A stretch of 64,000 nucleotides of DNA from the NCBI GenBank assembly GCA_031422435.1, contig JANPLU010000016.1, forward strand, positions 30,148 through 94,147, in the 5' to 3' direction. The DNA is from Acaryochloridaceae cyanobacterium VAR_48_metabat_390 (lineage in GTDB: Bacteria; Cyanobacteriota; Cyanobacteriia; Thermosynechococcales; Thermosynechococcaceae). The position numbers and the translations under genes were made by a program. Positions 40,771 to 50,763 of the stretch are shown one piece after another; the stretch's first letter is position 1, and each line of letters begins with the position of its first letter. Under the pieces are notes generated by a model that saw only the letters and a program-made list of their open reading frames with translations, had not been told where the DNA came from and ran no database searches.

Positions 40771-41505
40771 TTACTTTTGCTTAACAAGAATTTTAGGAAT
40801 CTTTAGCTCAACTTTCTGGTCAGGATAATCTGCCAGCGCCAGCGAAATCCACTTAACGGAGCCTGAAGAGACGTCCGAAATCTTAATGACGCCACTAAAC
40901 GTTTCACTCTTGGGCGAAAACTTTGTCGGCAAGCCCTTCACCTCAGTGGTCAAGCCCTGAGACTGATCGTCCGAAACATCTAAAAAGTCGTACAAAAACT
41001 GAACTTCTTTCGCACTCTCGTTTCGCATTGCCACGTCCAAAGACAGCCCATCGGTTTTAACCGTCAGCGCACGCACCTCCAAACGAACCCCTTGAGACTG
41101 CACAGCAGTCGGTAGAGACGTTTCTTTGTCTACGGCAGGTGAAGGAGAGGCTTTCGCATCTTTTTCATCTTTTTTGACAGTTGCCGGAGATTGCTTCTTT
41201 GGCTCACCAGACTTAGAAATCCCTTTGGTTTCCCGCTCTACCTTTGCTAAGATATCGCTCTCTTTAAGCAGATAGCCTCCTTCACGAGGGTACTGCCCCT
41301 GGGCAGAAGAAGCTACAAAAGGGTTCATATCAGGCTGGGTAACGCCCTTGAGCGATTCATGGCCAAAGAAGTATCCCACCACTGCGCTGAAGATTCCCAG
41401 CGTAAACACACCTAGAAGCAGATACAGCGTCAAGCGGATGGCAGGATCTTGACTAAGTTGAGTCACTGAGGCAGATGCATTTTTAATGAGCGGGTGTACC
41501 TTCAC
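40771..41505 (-). CDS. Hypothetical single-TM protein
   Basis: TM helix, GHESLKGVTQPD, and a beta-rich C-terminal domain (FLYDFLDV). Confidence 0.7.
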   Translation of the reverse strand: MKVHPLIKNASASVTQLSQDPAIRLTLYLLLGVFTLGIFSAVVGYFFGHESLKGVTQPDMNPFVASSAQGQYPREGGYLLKESDILAKVERETKGISKSGEPKKQSPATVKKDEKDAKASPSPAVDKETSLPTAVQSQGVRLEVRALTVKTDGLSLDVAMRNESAKEVQFLYDFLDVSDDQSQGLTTEVKGLPTKFSPKSETFSGVIKISDVSSGSVKWISLALADYPDQKVELKIPKILVKQK

Positions 41506-41686
41506 AAATTAAAGCCACTTCTGGAACTTAAAGTCAAAAAACTTAGAGGGAGTACGGTGCTGTCGGCATCAACGTTTCGCTAAATTTGGACTATACCAGA
41601 TATGATGAGCTTGTGCGATGGCATACGCTTAAAGCCTATCTGTGTAAGATATAAGTAAAATAGGCTTGTTCAAAAATAGCAGCCCA

Positions 41687-41759
41687 CCAGGGTTGGCCGA
41701 GCGGTTGAGGCAGCGAACTCATAATTCGCGCTAGGCAGGTTCAACTCCTGCACCCTGGA
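41687..41759 (+). tRNA. tRNA with CAU anticodon, probably tRNA-Ile2 (lysidine type) rather than tRNA-Met
   Basis: Acceptor stem CCAGGGT/ACCCTGG, anticodon arm GCGAA-CTCATAA-TTCGC (CAT at 41720-41722), T-arm GCAGG-TTCAACT-CCTGC; CCA not encoded. Confidence 0.9.
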
Positions 41760-41775
41760 TCTTTAAACAAAATAA

Positions 41776-41811
41776 AACAGCGCAGATTTTTATGCTCTAA
41801 TCTGCGCTGTT
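41776..41811. terminator. Terminator hairpin between the tRNA and the convergent gene
   Basis: AACAGCGCAGATT-N10-AATCTGCGCTGTT. Confidence 0.75.
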
Positions 41812-41848
41812 CTCCGTGGGGCTGGACAAGCTGTAAGCGTCCGCAGGT

Positions 41849-42223
41849 CTACTTTTGCAGCTCGAGCAAAGACGTATCGTAGAGGTTAGAAATGTCTTGA
41901 GTTCGCATAATGACGCCGCCCTCATTTTGCTGCTTCATCATGTCTAGGTAGACCCCTTCAAATCGCTCAGCACGTTTTTGAATCCGAGCCTCGTCACGAT
42001 CCAACACAAATAGGCTTTTTGCATCGTCGCCGATGGAGCTTTCGGACCAAAATGTGTTGCTTTTTGTCACTTGGCCAATGGCTTCAAAAGGGGAAGGCTG
42101 ATTAAGTGGCGCAGGGTTTCCTGGCTCCTGAGCCGAAACAGGCCCGCAAGACAGCGCACCCAAGGTGACCAACCCCCAAAACAGTGGGCTGCGGCTGACC
42201 TGTTTTAACAACATACCTGACAT
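41849..42223 (-). CDS. Hypothetical secreted protein
   Basis: Signal-peptide-like N-terminus; C-terminal MRTQDISNLYDTSL. Confidence 0.6.
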   Translation of the reverse strand: MSGMLLKQVSRSPLFWGLVTLGALSCGPVSAQEPGNPAPLNQPSPFEAIGQVTKSNTFWSESSIGDDAKSLFVLDRDEARIQKRAERFEGVYLDMMKQQNEGGVIMRTQDISNLYDTSLLELQK

Positions 42224-42322
42224 CCTTTACGCTAATCTGATAGATCCTAGCTTACCCATTCTGCAAAACAGATAACACATTTTGTGGAGTGGAAATAGAC
42301 GAATGACAGGTTAAGTTTTTAG

Positions 42323-42925
42323 ATGGTTCAATTTAGCAGCGCCTCTCTCGCAACCGCGTCCCTCGACGAACTTCGTCAAATTCTCCTAGATTTACTTTGT
42401 ACAAAAGCCTATAAAGAGGGAGACTTTACGCTTTCCTCTGGGCAAAAAAGTGCTTATTACATCAACGGTAAACTGGTGACGTTGGATGCAGTTGGGGCGA
42501 TCGCCCTTGGTCGTCTCCTGCTTCAGTCATTAGCCCCTCAAACCGCCGCCGTTGCGGGTTTAACCCTCGGCGCCGATCCGATGGTGAGCGCCATTAGCGT
42601 CGTTTCTGCCTACGAAGGCACGCCGCTGCCAGGACTCATTATTCGGAAAGAGGCTAAAGGTCATGGTACACAGGCTTATATCGAAGGGCCGCTTCCCCCA
42701 GTCGGCAGCACCATTGCGGTGATTGAAGATGTCGTTACTACAGGGCAGTCGGCGCTAAAGGCCGTTAGTCGCCTTCAGGATGCAGGTTATCAGGTCACGC
42801 AGGTGTTGGCACTCGTAGACAGAGAGCAAGGCGGTGCGGCACTGTACCAGTCTGTGGGGTTGAATTTTACGGCTTTATTTGCCATTCCAGACCTTCAGCA
42901 GCGATGGCACATTCTGCAATCCTAA
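42323..42925 (+). CDS. pyrE: Orotate phosphoribosyltransferase
   Basis: FTLSSG..S.YY, RKEAKGHG and IEDVVTTG motifs. Confidence 0.95.
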   Translation: MVQFSSASLATASLDELRQILLDLLCTKAYKEGDFTLSSGQKSAYYINGKLVTLDAVGAIALGRLLLQSLAPQTAAVAGLTLGADPMVSAISVVSAYEGTPLPGLIIRKEAKGHGTQAYIEGPLPPVGSTIAVIEDVVTTGQSALKAVSRLQDAGYQVTQVLALVDREQGGAALYQSVGLNFTALFAIPDLQQRWHILQS

Positions 42926-42989
42926 AGCAGGGGGATAAGCCGCCGCCACTTTATCCCCAGCCCGCAGCGAATGCGACATAATATCAAGC

Positions 42990-43799
42990 ATGACCTCCCT
43001 AGACCACCACTATCGAGTCCTAGAGCTTCAGCCTGGTGCGTCACTGACTGACGTCAACCAGGCTTATAAAGATCTGGTGTTTATATGGCATCCAGATCGT
43101 ATTCCTCAAGACAACCAACGGCTCCATCAAAAAGCGCTCCAGAAGCTGAAAGAGATCAATGCAGCCCGTGATGCGCTGCGAACCCACCACAAAACGAAAG
43201 CAGAGACCAAGTCGACTACCACAGCGACCTCTTACCGCTCACAGCCAGCCGCTCGACCAACGGCTAGAAACAGCAGCTACGGTTATCCGCCTAGACCCGA
43301 AAGTAGCAGCACCACGCAGCCTAAAGCGGCAAAGACGCAACCTTCTACGACCTATGGCTACCGTCCGCCGCCACCTTCTTCACCGCCGCCACCGTCTCCA
43401 CAATCTGAACGGGCAGCTCATCAAAGACCTGCCTCACCAGACATGAGTAAGGCCAACCTACGGGGGGCGGATCTTCATGAAAAAGATCTAGCAGGCCGCA
43501 ACCTTAGTCATGCAGATTTAACAGGTGCAAACCTTCAGGATTCGTTTCTGCACAATATTAATTTGTCCTATGCGATTCTATGTCGCGCCAATTTGTTTCG
43601 GGCGAATCTGCTGGGTGCCAACCTCAGCCATGCCGATCTACGAGAAGTTAACTTGGTGGGCGCAGATCTGAGTGGCGCTAATTTGAGCTATGCAAACCTT
43701 ACCGGAGCCAAAATGGGCACGGGCGATCGCGTTATGGTGAAGCTAACAGGCACCATTCTCACGGGCACAATTTTGCCTAATGGCGCGGTTCATCAGTAA
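42990..43799 (+). CDS. J-domain protein with pentapeptide repeats
   Basis: WHPD J-domain, Pro/Ser/Thr linker and A(D/N)L pentapeptide repeats. Confidence 0.85.
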   Translation: MTSLDHHYRVLELQPGASLTDVNQAYKDLVFIWHPDRIPQDNQRLHQKALQKLKEINAARDALRTHHKTKAETKSTTTATSYRSQPAARPTARNSSYGYPPRPESSSTTQPKAAKTQPSTTYGYRPPPPSSPPPPSPQSERAAHQRPASPDMSKANLRGADLHEKDLAGRNLSHADLTGANLQDSFLHNINLSYAILCRANLFRANLLGANLSHADLREVNLVGADLSGANLSYANLTGAKMGTGDRVMVKLTGTILTGTILPNGAVHQ

Positions 43800-43830
43800 G
43801 TAAAACGGCGATCGCGCTGGAATGGATACT

Positions 43831-45231
43831 CTAGATTGATGTTAAGTTTTCGGGTTCTGTGGATGCCTTTCGCAGGATAATCCATTTGTAAAAGATCCGA
43901 ATGGGACGCACAAGGTAATGGAGACGATAGAATACTTTCGGTAGGTTCAAAAACTGCTGGTCTTCTGCGTTGGGCGTAACAATGAAGCGAAAGGTTAACC
44001 AATATTGCGGCAGACGATCTCGTAGGCGATCGCGCAGTTTGAGGTGCATGGGATTATGGAATAGCCAAAATCCTGTTTCTCTCGTTTCAATCAGGATTTC
44101 AATATCTGTAAAAATGCGGCGCTTAAAGATCTGCAAAAGTTCTTGAACTGTAGGGTGATGGAGCACTGGATCTCGAAGCGGTAGCGGCAAAGGCATCTCC
44201 AAGAGGTCATGAGCCAACAACAAGCCCAGCAGGAACATTCGCTCAATTCTCAGTATTTTAGACTGTTCCCACAGATCGAGCCACGGCAGGTCTGGGTAAA
44301 CCCGAACCACTTCTGCGATGTCGCAAACCCAAATTAAATTTCGCCACAGCTCTTTGCTGCCGTGGGCACAAAGGTAGAGCAGTAAATTTTGCGGATTAAG
44401 GCTATCGATCTGAGACTGACTTACCGTAAAGGCCTGACGGGTATGCCAAATCTGATTGAGATCAAAGGCGACCGGAAAATAGCTGGGCATGAGCTGCCAG
44501 TGGAGGTCAACCGTGACAAAGCTCTGCTCATGGATAAACATCTCTTCCCCAGAATGATCCATTGTCTCTGTCTCAAGGTAATGGCGAGTGAGATCTGTGG
44601 ACACAGGGGGAAGACTGCTTAAAATCTCTCGGTATGCATCGTTTTCCTGCATTGCCGCAAGGATCATCTCTTTGGTTTGAAAACGCTGCTCCATAAGAAT
44701 CTGACGCACAGCCGGAATATCAGCTTCTTGAATCAGCAGGTCGATATCGCTAAATCGTCGTAAATGGATACTTCCATAAGCTGCTTCTGATAAGACAGGC
44801 CCCTTAAAAAACAAGACAGGAATACCCTGTGTCTTAAAGACTTCAAATAGCTCTTGAAGGGCAGACGTTAAACGCTGGTTGTGGGTCGAATTTTGTAAAT
44901 ACAGCTTCATCAGCTGACTGAGAATCGACTTTGGAACGCGGTAGGGTGTAAAAGTCGATAAATTGCGGTAAACCAGCGGTAAAACACCATGCCAGAGCGC
45001 AGTTTGGACGAACCGATCCCAGTTAAAAGCCGCTGTACCCTCGTCTAGGATGCGGTTAATTAGCTCAACATCCGGCTGGCATCGGGCGCAGGCAAGAATC
45101 AACCGATGCTCGACAGATCCACTGAAGGGATGCGATTTTTGAAGCGCACGGGTTGGGGCGATCTTCATGAACAATAGATCAACGTTGGATATGCGCGGCT
45201 GAGAGGAGGCTGAGACAAACCGTATCATCAA
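43831..45231 (-). CDS. Nucleotidyltransferase family protein (NTP_transf_5-like)
   Basis: FKGPVL..YG....R.FSDIDLL, VDLHW, LCAHGSK and WVCDI motifs. Confidence 0.8.
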   Translation of the reverse strand: MMIRFVSASSQPRISNVDLLFMKIAPTRALQKSHPFSGSVEHRLILACARCQPDVELINRILDEGTAAFNWDRFVQTALWHGVLPLVYRNLSTFTPYRVPKSILSQLMKLYLQNSTHNQRLTSALQELFEVFKTQGIPVLFFKGPVLSEAAYGSIHLRRFSDIDLLIQEADIPAVRQILMEQRFQTKEMILAAMQENDAYREILSSLPPVSTDLTRHYLETETMDHSGEEMFIHEQSFVTVDLHWQLMPSYFPVAFDLNQIWHTRQAFTVSQSQIDSLNPQNLLLYLCAHGSKELWRNLIWVCDIAEVVRVYPDLPWLDLWEQSKILRIERMFLLGLLLAHDLLEMPLPLPLRDPVLHHPTVQELLQIFKRRIFTDIEILIETRETGFWLFHNPMHLKLRDRLRDRLPQYWLTFRFIVTPNAEDQQFLNLPKVFYRLHYLVRPIRIFYKWIILRKASTEPENLTSI

Positions 45232-45445
45232 ATACTTTAGTCGGCTTGCCTAAAGCTTAGCCGAGCCGTTTAACAGGCGCAAGGAAAAATCCAAAAGCCT
45301 TTGCTGTTAACCTGATGTTAGGTTTTGAAACTTGACCGTTCTCTAAAAAAGGGTACTAGCAAAAAGAGGTTTAATCTGCAAAACACCGTTTTTTGATGCA
45401 AATATTATTAGACTTCAAGTCTCAAAAGAATTGAGCCACAAATGA

Positions 45446-46360
45446 TTAGTCCACGGCATAAGAAACCACAAAAACCTCAGTAATTTTGCCGCGCTTGGTT
45501 GGTTGTGAATTAATAGATCGTGCCGCAGAGATGGTGTAAATCTGAAAGTCTTGGTACAAATCTCTTACAAATGGGCTGTCGGAATTAGATAATGCCACTT
45601 TTACACCTTGTGCTGATAAATTCACAAAAATATCCCGCAGATGAATTTGATCTGCTTCGGCAAAGGCCGTGCGACTATAGCCCGTAAAGTTACTGGTTTC
45701 ACTCAGCGGGTGGTAGGGCGGGTCAAAATATACAAAATCTTGTTCTGATAGTGGCTCAGCTAAGATTTTGTGAAAAGGCTGCGTTGTTATCACCGCTTTC
45801 TGTAAGACAACCGATGCAGCTCTTAGTAACTCGGCGTTGCAGATGTTTGGATTTTTATACTGTCCCATTGGGACATTAAACCGACCCTGCCGATTTACGC
45901 GATAAAGACCGTTAAAGCAGGTTTTATTGAGATAGATCAGCCGAGCTGCTCTATCAATGGGCAGATCGGGATCTTCGTTACGGATTTGATAGTAGTAGGT
46001 CTGACTATGGTGCGCCGCATGATGCTCTAGTTTTGTAATGACGTTTTCGACGCAATCTCTCACGCACGTATAGACATTTACAAGTTCTGGATTGATATCT
46101 GACAGCACCGCACGAGTTGGCTGAAAATGAAAAAAGAGCGCCCCACCGCCTAAAAATGGTTCATGGTAGGTGCGAAAGTCTGTGGGTAAGTAGGGCTGAT
46201 ACTGCGCAATGAGGCGGCTTTTGCCTCCAGCCCACTTGAGGAAAGGTCTGGGTGGAATAGTCAAGGTAGATGTGTCGGATAGGACTGAGGCGCAAACGGC
46301 TTGGGTTACAATAAGGCCAAGCAGCGACTGCAAAGATTTTTTTACTGTACGACCATGCAA
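45446..46360 (-). CDS. dam: Dam-family DNA adenine methyltransferase (solitary; true start probably near 46264)
   Basis: FLKWAGGK, EPFLGGG, FNGLYRVN..G.FNVP and DPPY motifs; no adjacent endonuclease. Confidence 0.88.
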   Translation of the reverse strand: MHGRTVKKSLQSLLGLIVTQAVCASVLSDTSTLTIPPRPFLKWAGGKSRLIAQYQPYLPTDFRTYHEPFLGGGALFFHFQPTRAVLSDINPELVNVYTCVRDCVENVITKLEHHAAHHSQTYYYQIRNEDPDLPIDRAARLIYLNKTCFNGLYRVNRQGRFNVPMGQYKNPNICNAELLRAASVVLQKAVITTQPFHKILAEPLSEQDFVYFDPPYHPLSETSNFTGYSRTAFAEADQIHLRDIFVNLSAQGVKVALSNSDSPFVRDLYQDFQIYTISAARSINSQPTKRGKITEVFVVSYAVD

Positions 46361-46564
46361 GACTTTTTTGAAAATGTCGCTCGGTATCCTCGGTATCTCA
46401 TTGCTTTAGTGCTTGGGGTATTTTGGAATGCGATTGAGCCACTGATTCCGTTTCTGCGCCGCCCCACGACGGCGATCGCCCTCATTAGCGCCCTCATTAG
46501 TGCCCTTATCTTTCTTAGCCTAACGATTCAGGCCATGTTAGGGCTATCGGTAGACGCAGTCTAA
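46355..46564 (+). CDS. DUF751 family protein
   Basis: MQDFFENVARYPRYLI; typical neighbour of rbfA. ATG at 46355. Confidence 0.8.
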   Translation: MQDFFENVARYPRYLIALVLGVFWNAIEPLIPFLRRPTTAIALISALISALIFLSLTIQAMLGLSVDAV

Positions 46565-46671
46565 AACTCAGGCATATTGCGCCCATAGGCTTTATCGCAG
46601 GATAGACTAGGCTAAGGCAACGGATAAAATTTGATGCATCACCCATTGTTCGGGTGAAGAAGAGAAACACT

Positions 46672-47097
46672 ATGGCAACAGGACGGCGAATTTCTCGCGT
46701 TTCGGAACTGATTAAGCGTGAAATCAGCCAGATGCTGCTCTTTGGCATTAAGGATGAGCGCATTGGCGGCGGCATGGTTAGCGTAACGGATGTGGACGTC
46801 TCTGGCGACCTCCAGCACGCCAAGGTTTTTGTGAGCATTTACGGCACCGACGAGGCCAGAGCCGCCACGATGGAAGGGCTGCAATCTGCCTGTGGCTACA
46901 TCCGAGGGCAGCTTGGCAAACGGGTGAACCTGCGCCGTACGCCAGAGCTGAGCTTTGAAGAAGATCGATCTTTGGAGCGGGGTATGCGGGTGATCAACCT
47001 GATTGAGCAGCTTGCCCAAGATCGTCCGCCAGAGCAGCCTGAGTTAGCGGATGATGACGTGGCAGCAGCCTCTGAAACGAAAGAACTGGAAGTCTAG
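46672..47097 (+). CDS. rbfA: Ribosome-binding factor A
   Basis: [27 protein letters not shown] and LRRTPEL motifs. Confidence 0.95.
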   Translation: MATGRRISRVSELIKREISQMLLFGIKDERIGGGMVSVTDVDVSGDLQHAKVFVSIYGTDEARAATMEGLQSACGYIRGQLGKRVNLRRTPELSFEEDRSLERGMRVINLIEQLAQDRPPEQPELADDDVAAASETKELEV

Positions 47098-47112
47098 AGA
47101 GAGGCTGATCTT

Positions 47113-48732
47113 TTGACTCACATACTCCCCGACTTTCAGGATTTAACCTTGGCAGGACAGGTTGCCCAAATGCTCGTGGTGCGGGCATCGGGCTATTTGT
47201 TCGATCATCAAATTCTTTACCCCACCTGGGAGCCGCAGGCCAATACCTTACGCCACTACCTTCAAGATTTAGCGGTGGGCGGCGTGATTGTGCTGGGCGG
47301 GAGTGCGGCAGAAATTGCCCTGCGATCGCAGCAGCTCCAAGACTGGGCGAAGGTGCCGCTCTTTATGGCGGCTGATATTGAAGAAGGCGTAGGCCAGCGG
47401 TTTTCTGGCGCGACCTGGTTTGCGCCTCCCATGGCTCTGGCTGAAATTGCCAAAACCGAACCCAAAACCGCCGCTCATCTTGCCACTGAAATGGGAGCAT
47501 ACACGGCTCAAGAAGCTCTCGCCATTGGACTCAACTGGGTTCTAGCACCCATCACAGATGTCAATAACAACCCTCAAAACCCCGTCATTAATGTCCGAGC
47601 CTTTGGCGAAACCCTAGAGGTTGTCAGCCAACTCGCAACGGCCTTTATCCAGGGCGCACAGCAGCATCCGGTGCTGACCACCGCAAAGCATTTCCCAGGT
47701 CACGGCGATACCGCCACAGACTCCCATCTAGATTTGCCCGTCATTCCCCATGCCTTAGAACGGCTCCAAAGTCTTGAGTATCTGCCCTTTAAGGCGGCGA
47801 TCGCCGCTGGGGTCGATAGCGTCATGAGTGCCCATTTGCTGATCCCAGACCTCGATGAAACCTACCCCGCGACGTTATCCCCTCGCATTTTGACAGGGGA
47901 ACTGCGGGAGGCATTGGGGTTTGATGGAATTATTGTGACGGATGCATTGGTGATGGGGGCGATCGCCGACCGTTACGGTGCCAACGAGGCGGCTGTGTTA
48001 GCCGTAGAAGCCGGAGCCGACGTGCTAATGATGCCCCTTGACCCACCTGGCGCAATTCAGGCGATTTGTGAAGCGGTTGAAAGTGGGCGAATTTCCGCAG
48101 ATCGAATTCTGGCTTCTCTAGAGCGGATCTGGCGAGCCAAACAAAAGATTTTCACCCTAGAGTTATCAGAAAAGGGCACTCACCACCACGATTGGGAGCA
48201 GCGCCCCCCCGCGCCCATTCAGCTTGATCAGTTGGCGCAGGCCGCAGCACAGCAGGCCGCAGCACAGATTTTAGAGAAGTCTTCTCAGTTTCGCGGCATT
48301 ATTCCAGCGGCAGAAGGCTTTGCCCGTAATGTGATCGTGGTAGATGACCTAATTGGGTGTGATTTTCTCAATCGCAAAGCCCCCGCCATTACCATCCCTC
48401 AACTGCATGGCTATCAAACGCTCTATCTGGTTGACCGTCATAGCCCCACCCAACCCTATGAGCTGGTTCAATCCAATCCCGAACCCACCATTTTGCAGCT
48501 TTTTATCCGAGGTAATCCCTTTCGTGGGAGTGCTGAACTCAGTCAGCTTGCTAAGGATTGGTTTGATGCTCTGTTGCAGGCAGGTCAGTTGCGCGGTTTA
48601 GTGGTTTACGGCAGTCCCTATACGCTAGAGATGTTTGTGCCGCTGTTACCACCAGAAATGCCCTATGGGTTTTCCTATGGTCAAATGCCAATGGCTCAGG
48701 CGATCGCCCTTCAGTCTCTTCTTCCCAACTAG
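47113..48732 (+). CDS. Glycoside hydrolase family 3 (NagZ-like)
   Basis: ADIEEG, KHFPGHGDTATDSH and TDAL.M motifs. Confidence 0.9.
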   Translation: MTHILPDFQDLTLAGQVAQMLVVRASGYLFDHQILYPTWEPQANTLRHYLQDLAVGGVIVLGGSAAEIALRSQQLQDWAKVPLFMAADIEEGVGQRFSGATWFAPPMALAEIAKTEPKTAAHLATEMGAYTAQEALAIGLNWVLAPITDVNNNPQNPVINVRAFGETLEVVSQLATAFIQGAQQHPVLTTAKHFPGHGDTATDSHLDLPVIPHALERLQSLEYLPFKAAIAAGVDSVMSAHLLIPDLDETYPATLSPRILTGELREALGFDGIIVTDALVMGAIADRYGANEAAVLAVEAGADVLMMPLDPPGAIQAICEAVESGRISADRILASLERIWRAKQKIFTLELSEKGTHHHDWEQRPPAPIQLDQLAQAAAQQAAAQILEKSSQFRGIIPAAEGFARNVIVVDDLIGCDFLNRKAPAITIPQLHGYQTLYLVDRHSPTQPYELVQSNPEPTILQLFIRGNPFRGSAELSQLAKDWFDALLQAGQLRGLVVYGSPYTLEMFVPLLPPEMPYGFSYGQMPMAQAIALQSLLPN

Positions 48733-48763
48733 AGAATTGGGAAGAAGTCATACACCTTGCACG

Positions 48764-48846
48764 CCCTCATCCCCTAACCCCTTCTCCCTAGGGAGAAGGG
48801 GAACCAAATTTTGCTCCCTCTCCCTAGGGTGAGGGCTGGGGTGAGG
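48764..48846. repeat. Small dispersed palindromic repeat (CCCTCTCCC/GGGAGAGGG type)
   Basis: CCCTCATCCCCTAACCCCTTCTCCCTAGGGAGAAGGGG...CCCTCTCCCTAGGGTGAGGGCTGGGGTGAGG between convergent genes. Confidence 0.7.
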
Positions 48847-48880
48847 ACGTACAAGGAATGGGTTATTAAATTCATGATCC

Positions 48881-49975
48881 TTACCGAAACGGCGGCGAAA
48901 ACATCAGTCCACCTTGGGTGGATAGCTTATTTAGCCCTCGCTCTAGCTTAAGCGACGTTTTAGGGCCAAGGTTACGATCATAAATTTCGCCGTAGTTGCC
49001 GACGTGTTTAATCACCCGCGCAGCAAAATCCTTGGGCAGTCCAAGCCCCTTCCCTAACTCACCTTCCTGACCCAGAAACCGCCGGATGACTGGATCTTTA
49101 GAGGTTGCAAACTGTCCAATATTTTGAGATGTAATCCCTAAAGATTCACCCTGAATGAGTGCATAAACCACATATCGCACCACGGCCGACCACTGAGTAT
49201 CGCCATCGCTCACAGCTGGCGCGAGCGGCTCTTGAGACAGCAGTTCTGGCAAAATAATATTTTGCTCTGGCTGCGGCAGCTTTGTCCGTCGAGAAACGAG
49301 CTGAGAGCGATCGGACGTCACGCCATCACATCGCCCTTGGGCATAGGCCGCAAAAGTGGCGTTCACATCTTCAAACACGACAGCCTTATACTGCACGCCT
49401 AACTTCCGCATCTGATCCGAGAGGTTCTGCTCATTGGTGGTGCCCGTCTGGGTGCAGATGGCCTTCCCCTGAAAATCTTTAAGGGTTTTAACGCCGCTAT
49501 TTTGGCGCACCATCATCCCTTGCCCGTCATAAAACACCACAGGGGCAAACTCTAGCTTATTTTCGGTATCCCGACTCATCGTCCAGGTGGTGTTGCGGCT
49601 CAAGATATCAATTTCGCCTGACTGCACTGCCGTAAAGCGCTCCTTTGCATTGAGCTGACGGTACTCAACCGCATCAGGTTTGTCGAAAAGAGCAGCGGCG
49701 ATCGCCCGACACACATCCACATCCAGCCCAGAATATTTCCCTTGAGGGTTCAGAAAGCTAAAGCCAGGCAGCTCTCCACTAATGCCACACTTAAGCTGCC
49801 CTCGTCCGAGGACCGTTTGCAGCCGCCCAGTTCCAGAAACGCCAGCAGAACTGTTGGGTGCAGGCGCACTGCTGCAAGAAAAAAGTGTGCCTGCCGCTAG
49901 AGCAATGCTTAACTTTAGCCAAAAGGGTTTCATAATCATGATGGAATGCCCGAAAGAATTGGAACTGAACGCCAT
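48881..49975 (-). CDS. Amino acid ABC transporter substrate-binding lipoprotein (AapJ/BztA/NatF type)
   Basis: LFSC lipobox; GLDVDVCRAIAAA, SRNTTWT, FYDGQG and VGNYGEIY.RN motifs. Confidence 0.88.
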   Translation of the reverse strand: MAFSSNSFGHSIMIMKPFWLKLSIALAAGTLFSCSSAPAPNSSAGVSGTGRLQTVLGRGQLKCGISGELPGFSFLNPQGKYSGLDVDVCRAIAAALFDKPDAVEYRQLNAKERFTAVQSGEIDILSRNTTWTMSRDTENKLEFAPVVFYDGQGMMVRQNSGVKTLKDFQGKAICTQTGTTNEQNLSDQMRKLGVQYKAVVFEDVNATFAAYAQGRCDGVTSDRSQLVSRRTKLPQPEQNIILPELLSQEPLAPAVSDGDTQWSAVVRYVVYALIQGESLGITSQNIGQFATSKDPVIRRFLGQEGELGKGLGLPKDFAARVIKHVGNYGEIYDRNLGPKTSLKLERGLNKLSTQGGLMFSPPFR

Positions 49976-50092
49976 TTCTCCAAACCCCTGAGATTTTGCC
50001 CTGAGGTGAGGATTAAAGCTACCCTCCCATACAGCTCTAGCTTAGGATAGAGTTGTAAAACCAGAAACTCCTCTACGCTTTAGGTTTAAAAA

Positions 50093-50371
50093 ATGCCTCC
50101 TCGTTGGCCCCGTGAACCAGACCGTCGCGATCCTGCCTTTCGGAAACTTGAAGATCGCATTAACTTTGCCGTCCACGTTGCGCTATTTGCGGCGGTTAAC
50201 TCTGGCTCTTGGTTTTTTAGGATCTTAAAAGACGCTTCATGGCCCTGGACGCTTTGGATGACGGGAAGTTGGGCGGCAATTCTGGTCATGCACGGGCTGT
50301 ACATTTTTGCGATCGCCGACTATGGCAGATCTGATTCTGATGCCAATACGAATAAGCCAGAGCAAACTTAA
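50093..50371 (+). CDS. 2TM domain-containing protein
   Basis: MPPRWPREPDR.DPAFRKLEDRINFAVHV; two TM segments. Confidence 0.75.
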   Translation: MPPRWPREPDRRDPAFRKLEDRINFAVHVALFAAVNSGSWFFRILKDASWPWTLWMTGSWAAILVMHGLYIFAIADYGRSDSDANTNKPEQT

Positions 50372-50418
50372 ACCCCACTGAAACCCAAAGCTTAAAACCG
50401 TAAGTAATAGAAAGAGCG

Positions 50419-50736
50419 GTGTACGTCATGGCAAATGCACTTTCGGCAAGCGATTTAGACGCTTTAGCCTCAGAAATTGGGAAGACTATCTACATCGACG
50501 TGGCAAAGTGGCACCTCTATCTGACGGATGCCCATTTAGATACGGTGTTGGCAAAGCAGTTGGCTCCACTACTCACCGCCGGAAGTCTTGAGGAATCTCA
50601 GGTGATGCAGGTACTTTCTGCTCTCACCGTGCCACTGGGCGGGGGCAAGCGAGAGCTGCCGCTGCTAGAGCTATTGCCAATGCAGTGTCAGGTGAATCTG
50701 ATGGATTTGCTAGAAGACTTTCAGCGTCGTCTGTAA
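50419..50736 (+). CDS. DUF3181 family protein
   Basis: IYIDVAKWHLYL and LGGGKRELPL motifs. Confidence 0.75.
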   Translation: MYVMANALSASDLDALASEIGKTIYIDVAKWHLYLTDAHLDTVLAKQLAPLLTAGSLEESQVMQVLSALTVPLGGGKRELPLLELLPMQCQVNLMDLLEDFQRRL

Positions 50737-50763
50737 CCCCTCATATCTTCTGTCATAAAACCC

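Noticed and set aside
41687..41850. tRNA as an integration site for an island
   Set aside because: No integrase and no duplicated tRNA 3' end seen; flanking genes look like core genome.
48238..48267. 15-bp tandem duplication in the GH3 gene, and a 12-bp-period repeat at about 46478-46506 in DUF751
   Set aside because: Short in-frame slippage duplications with no evident functional significance.
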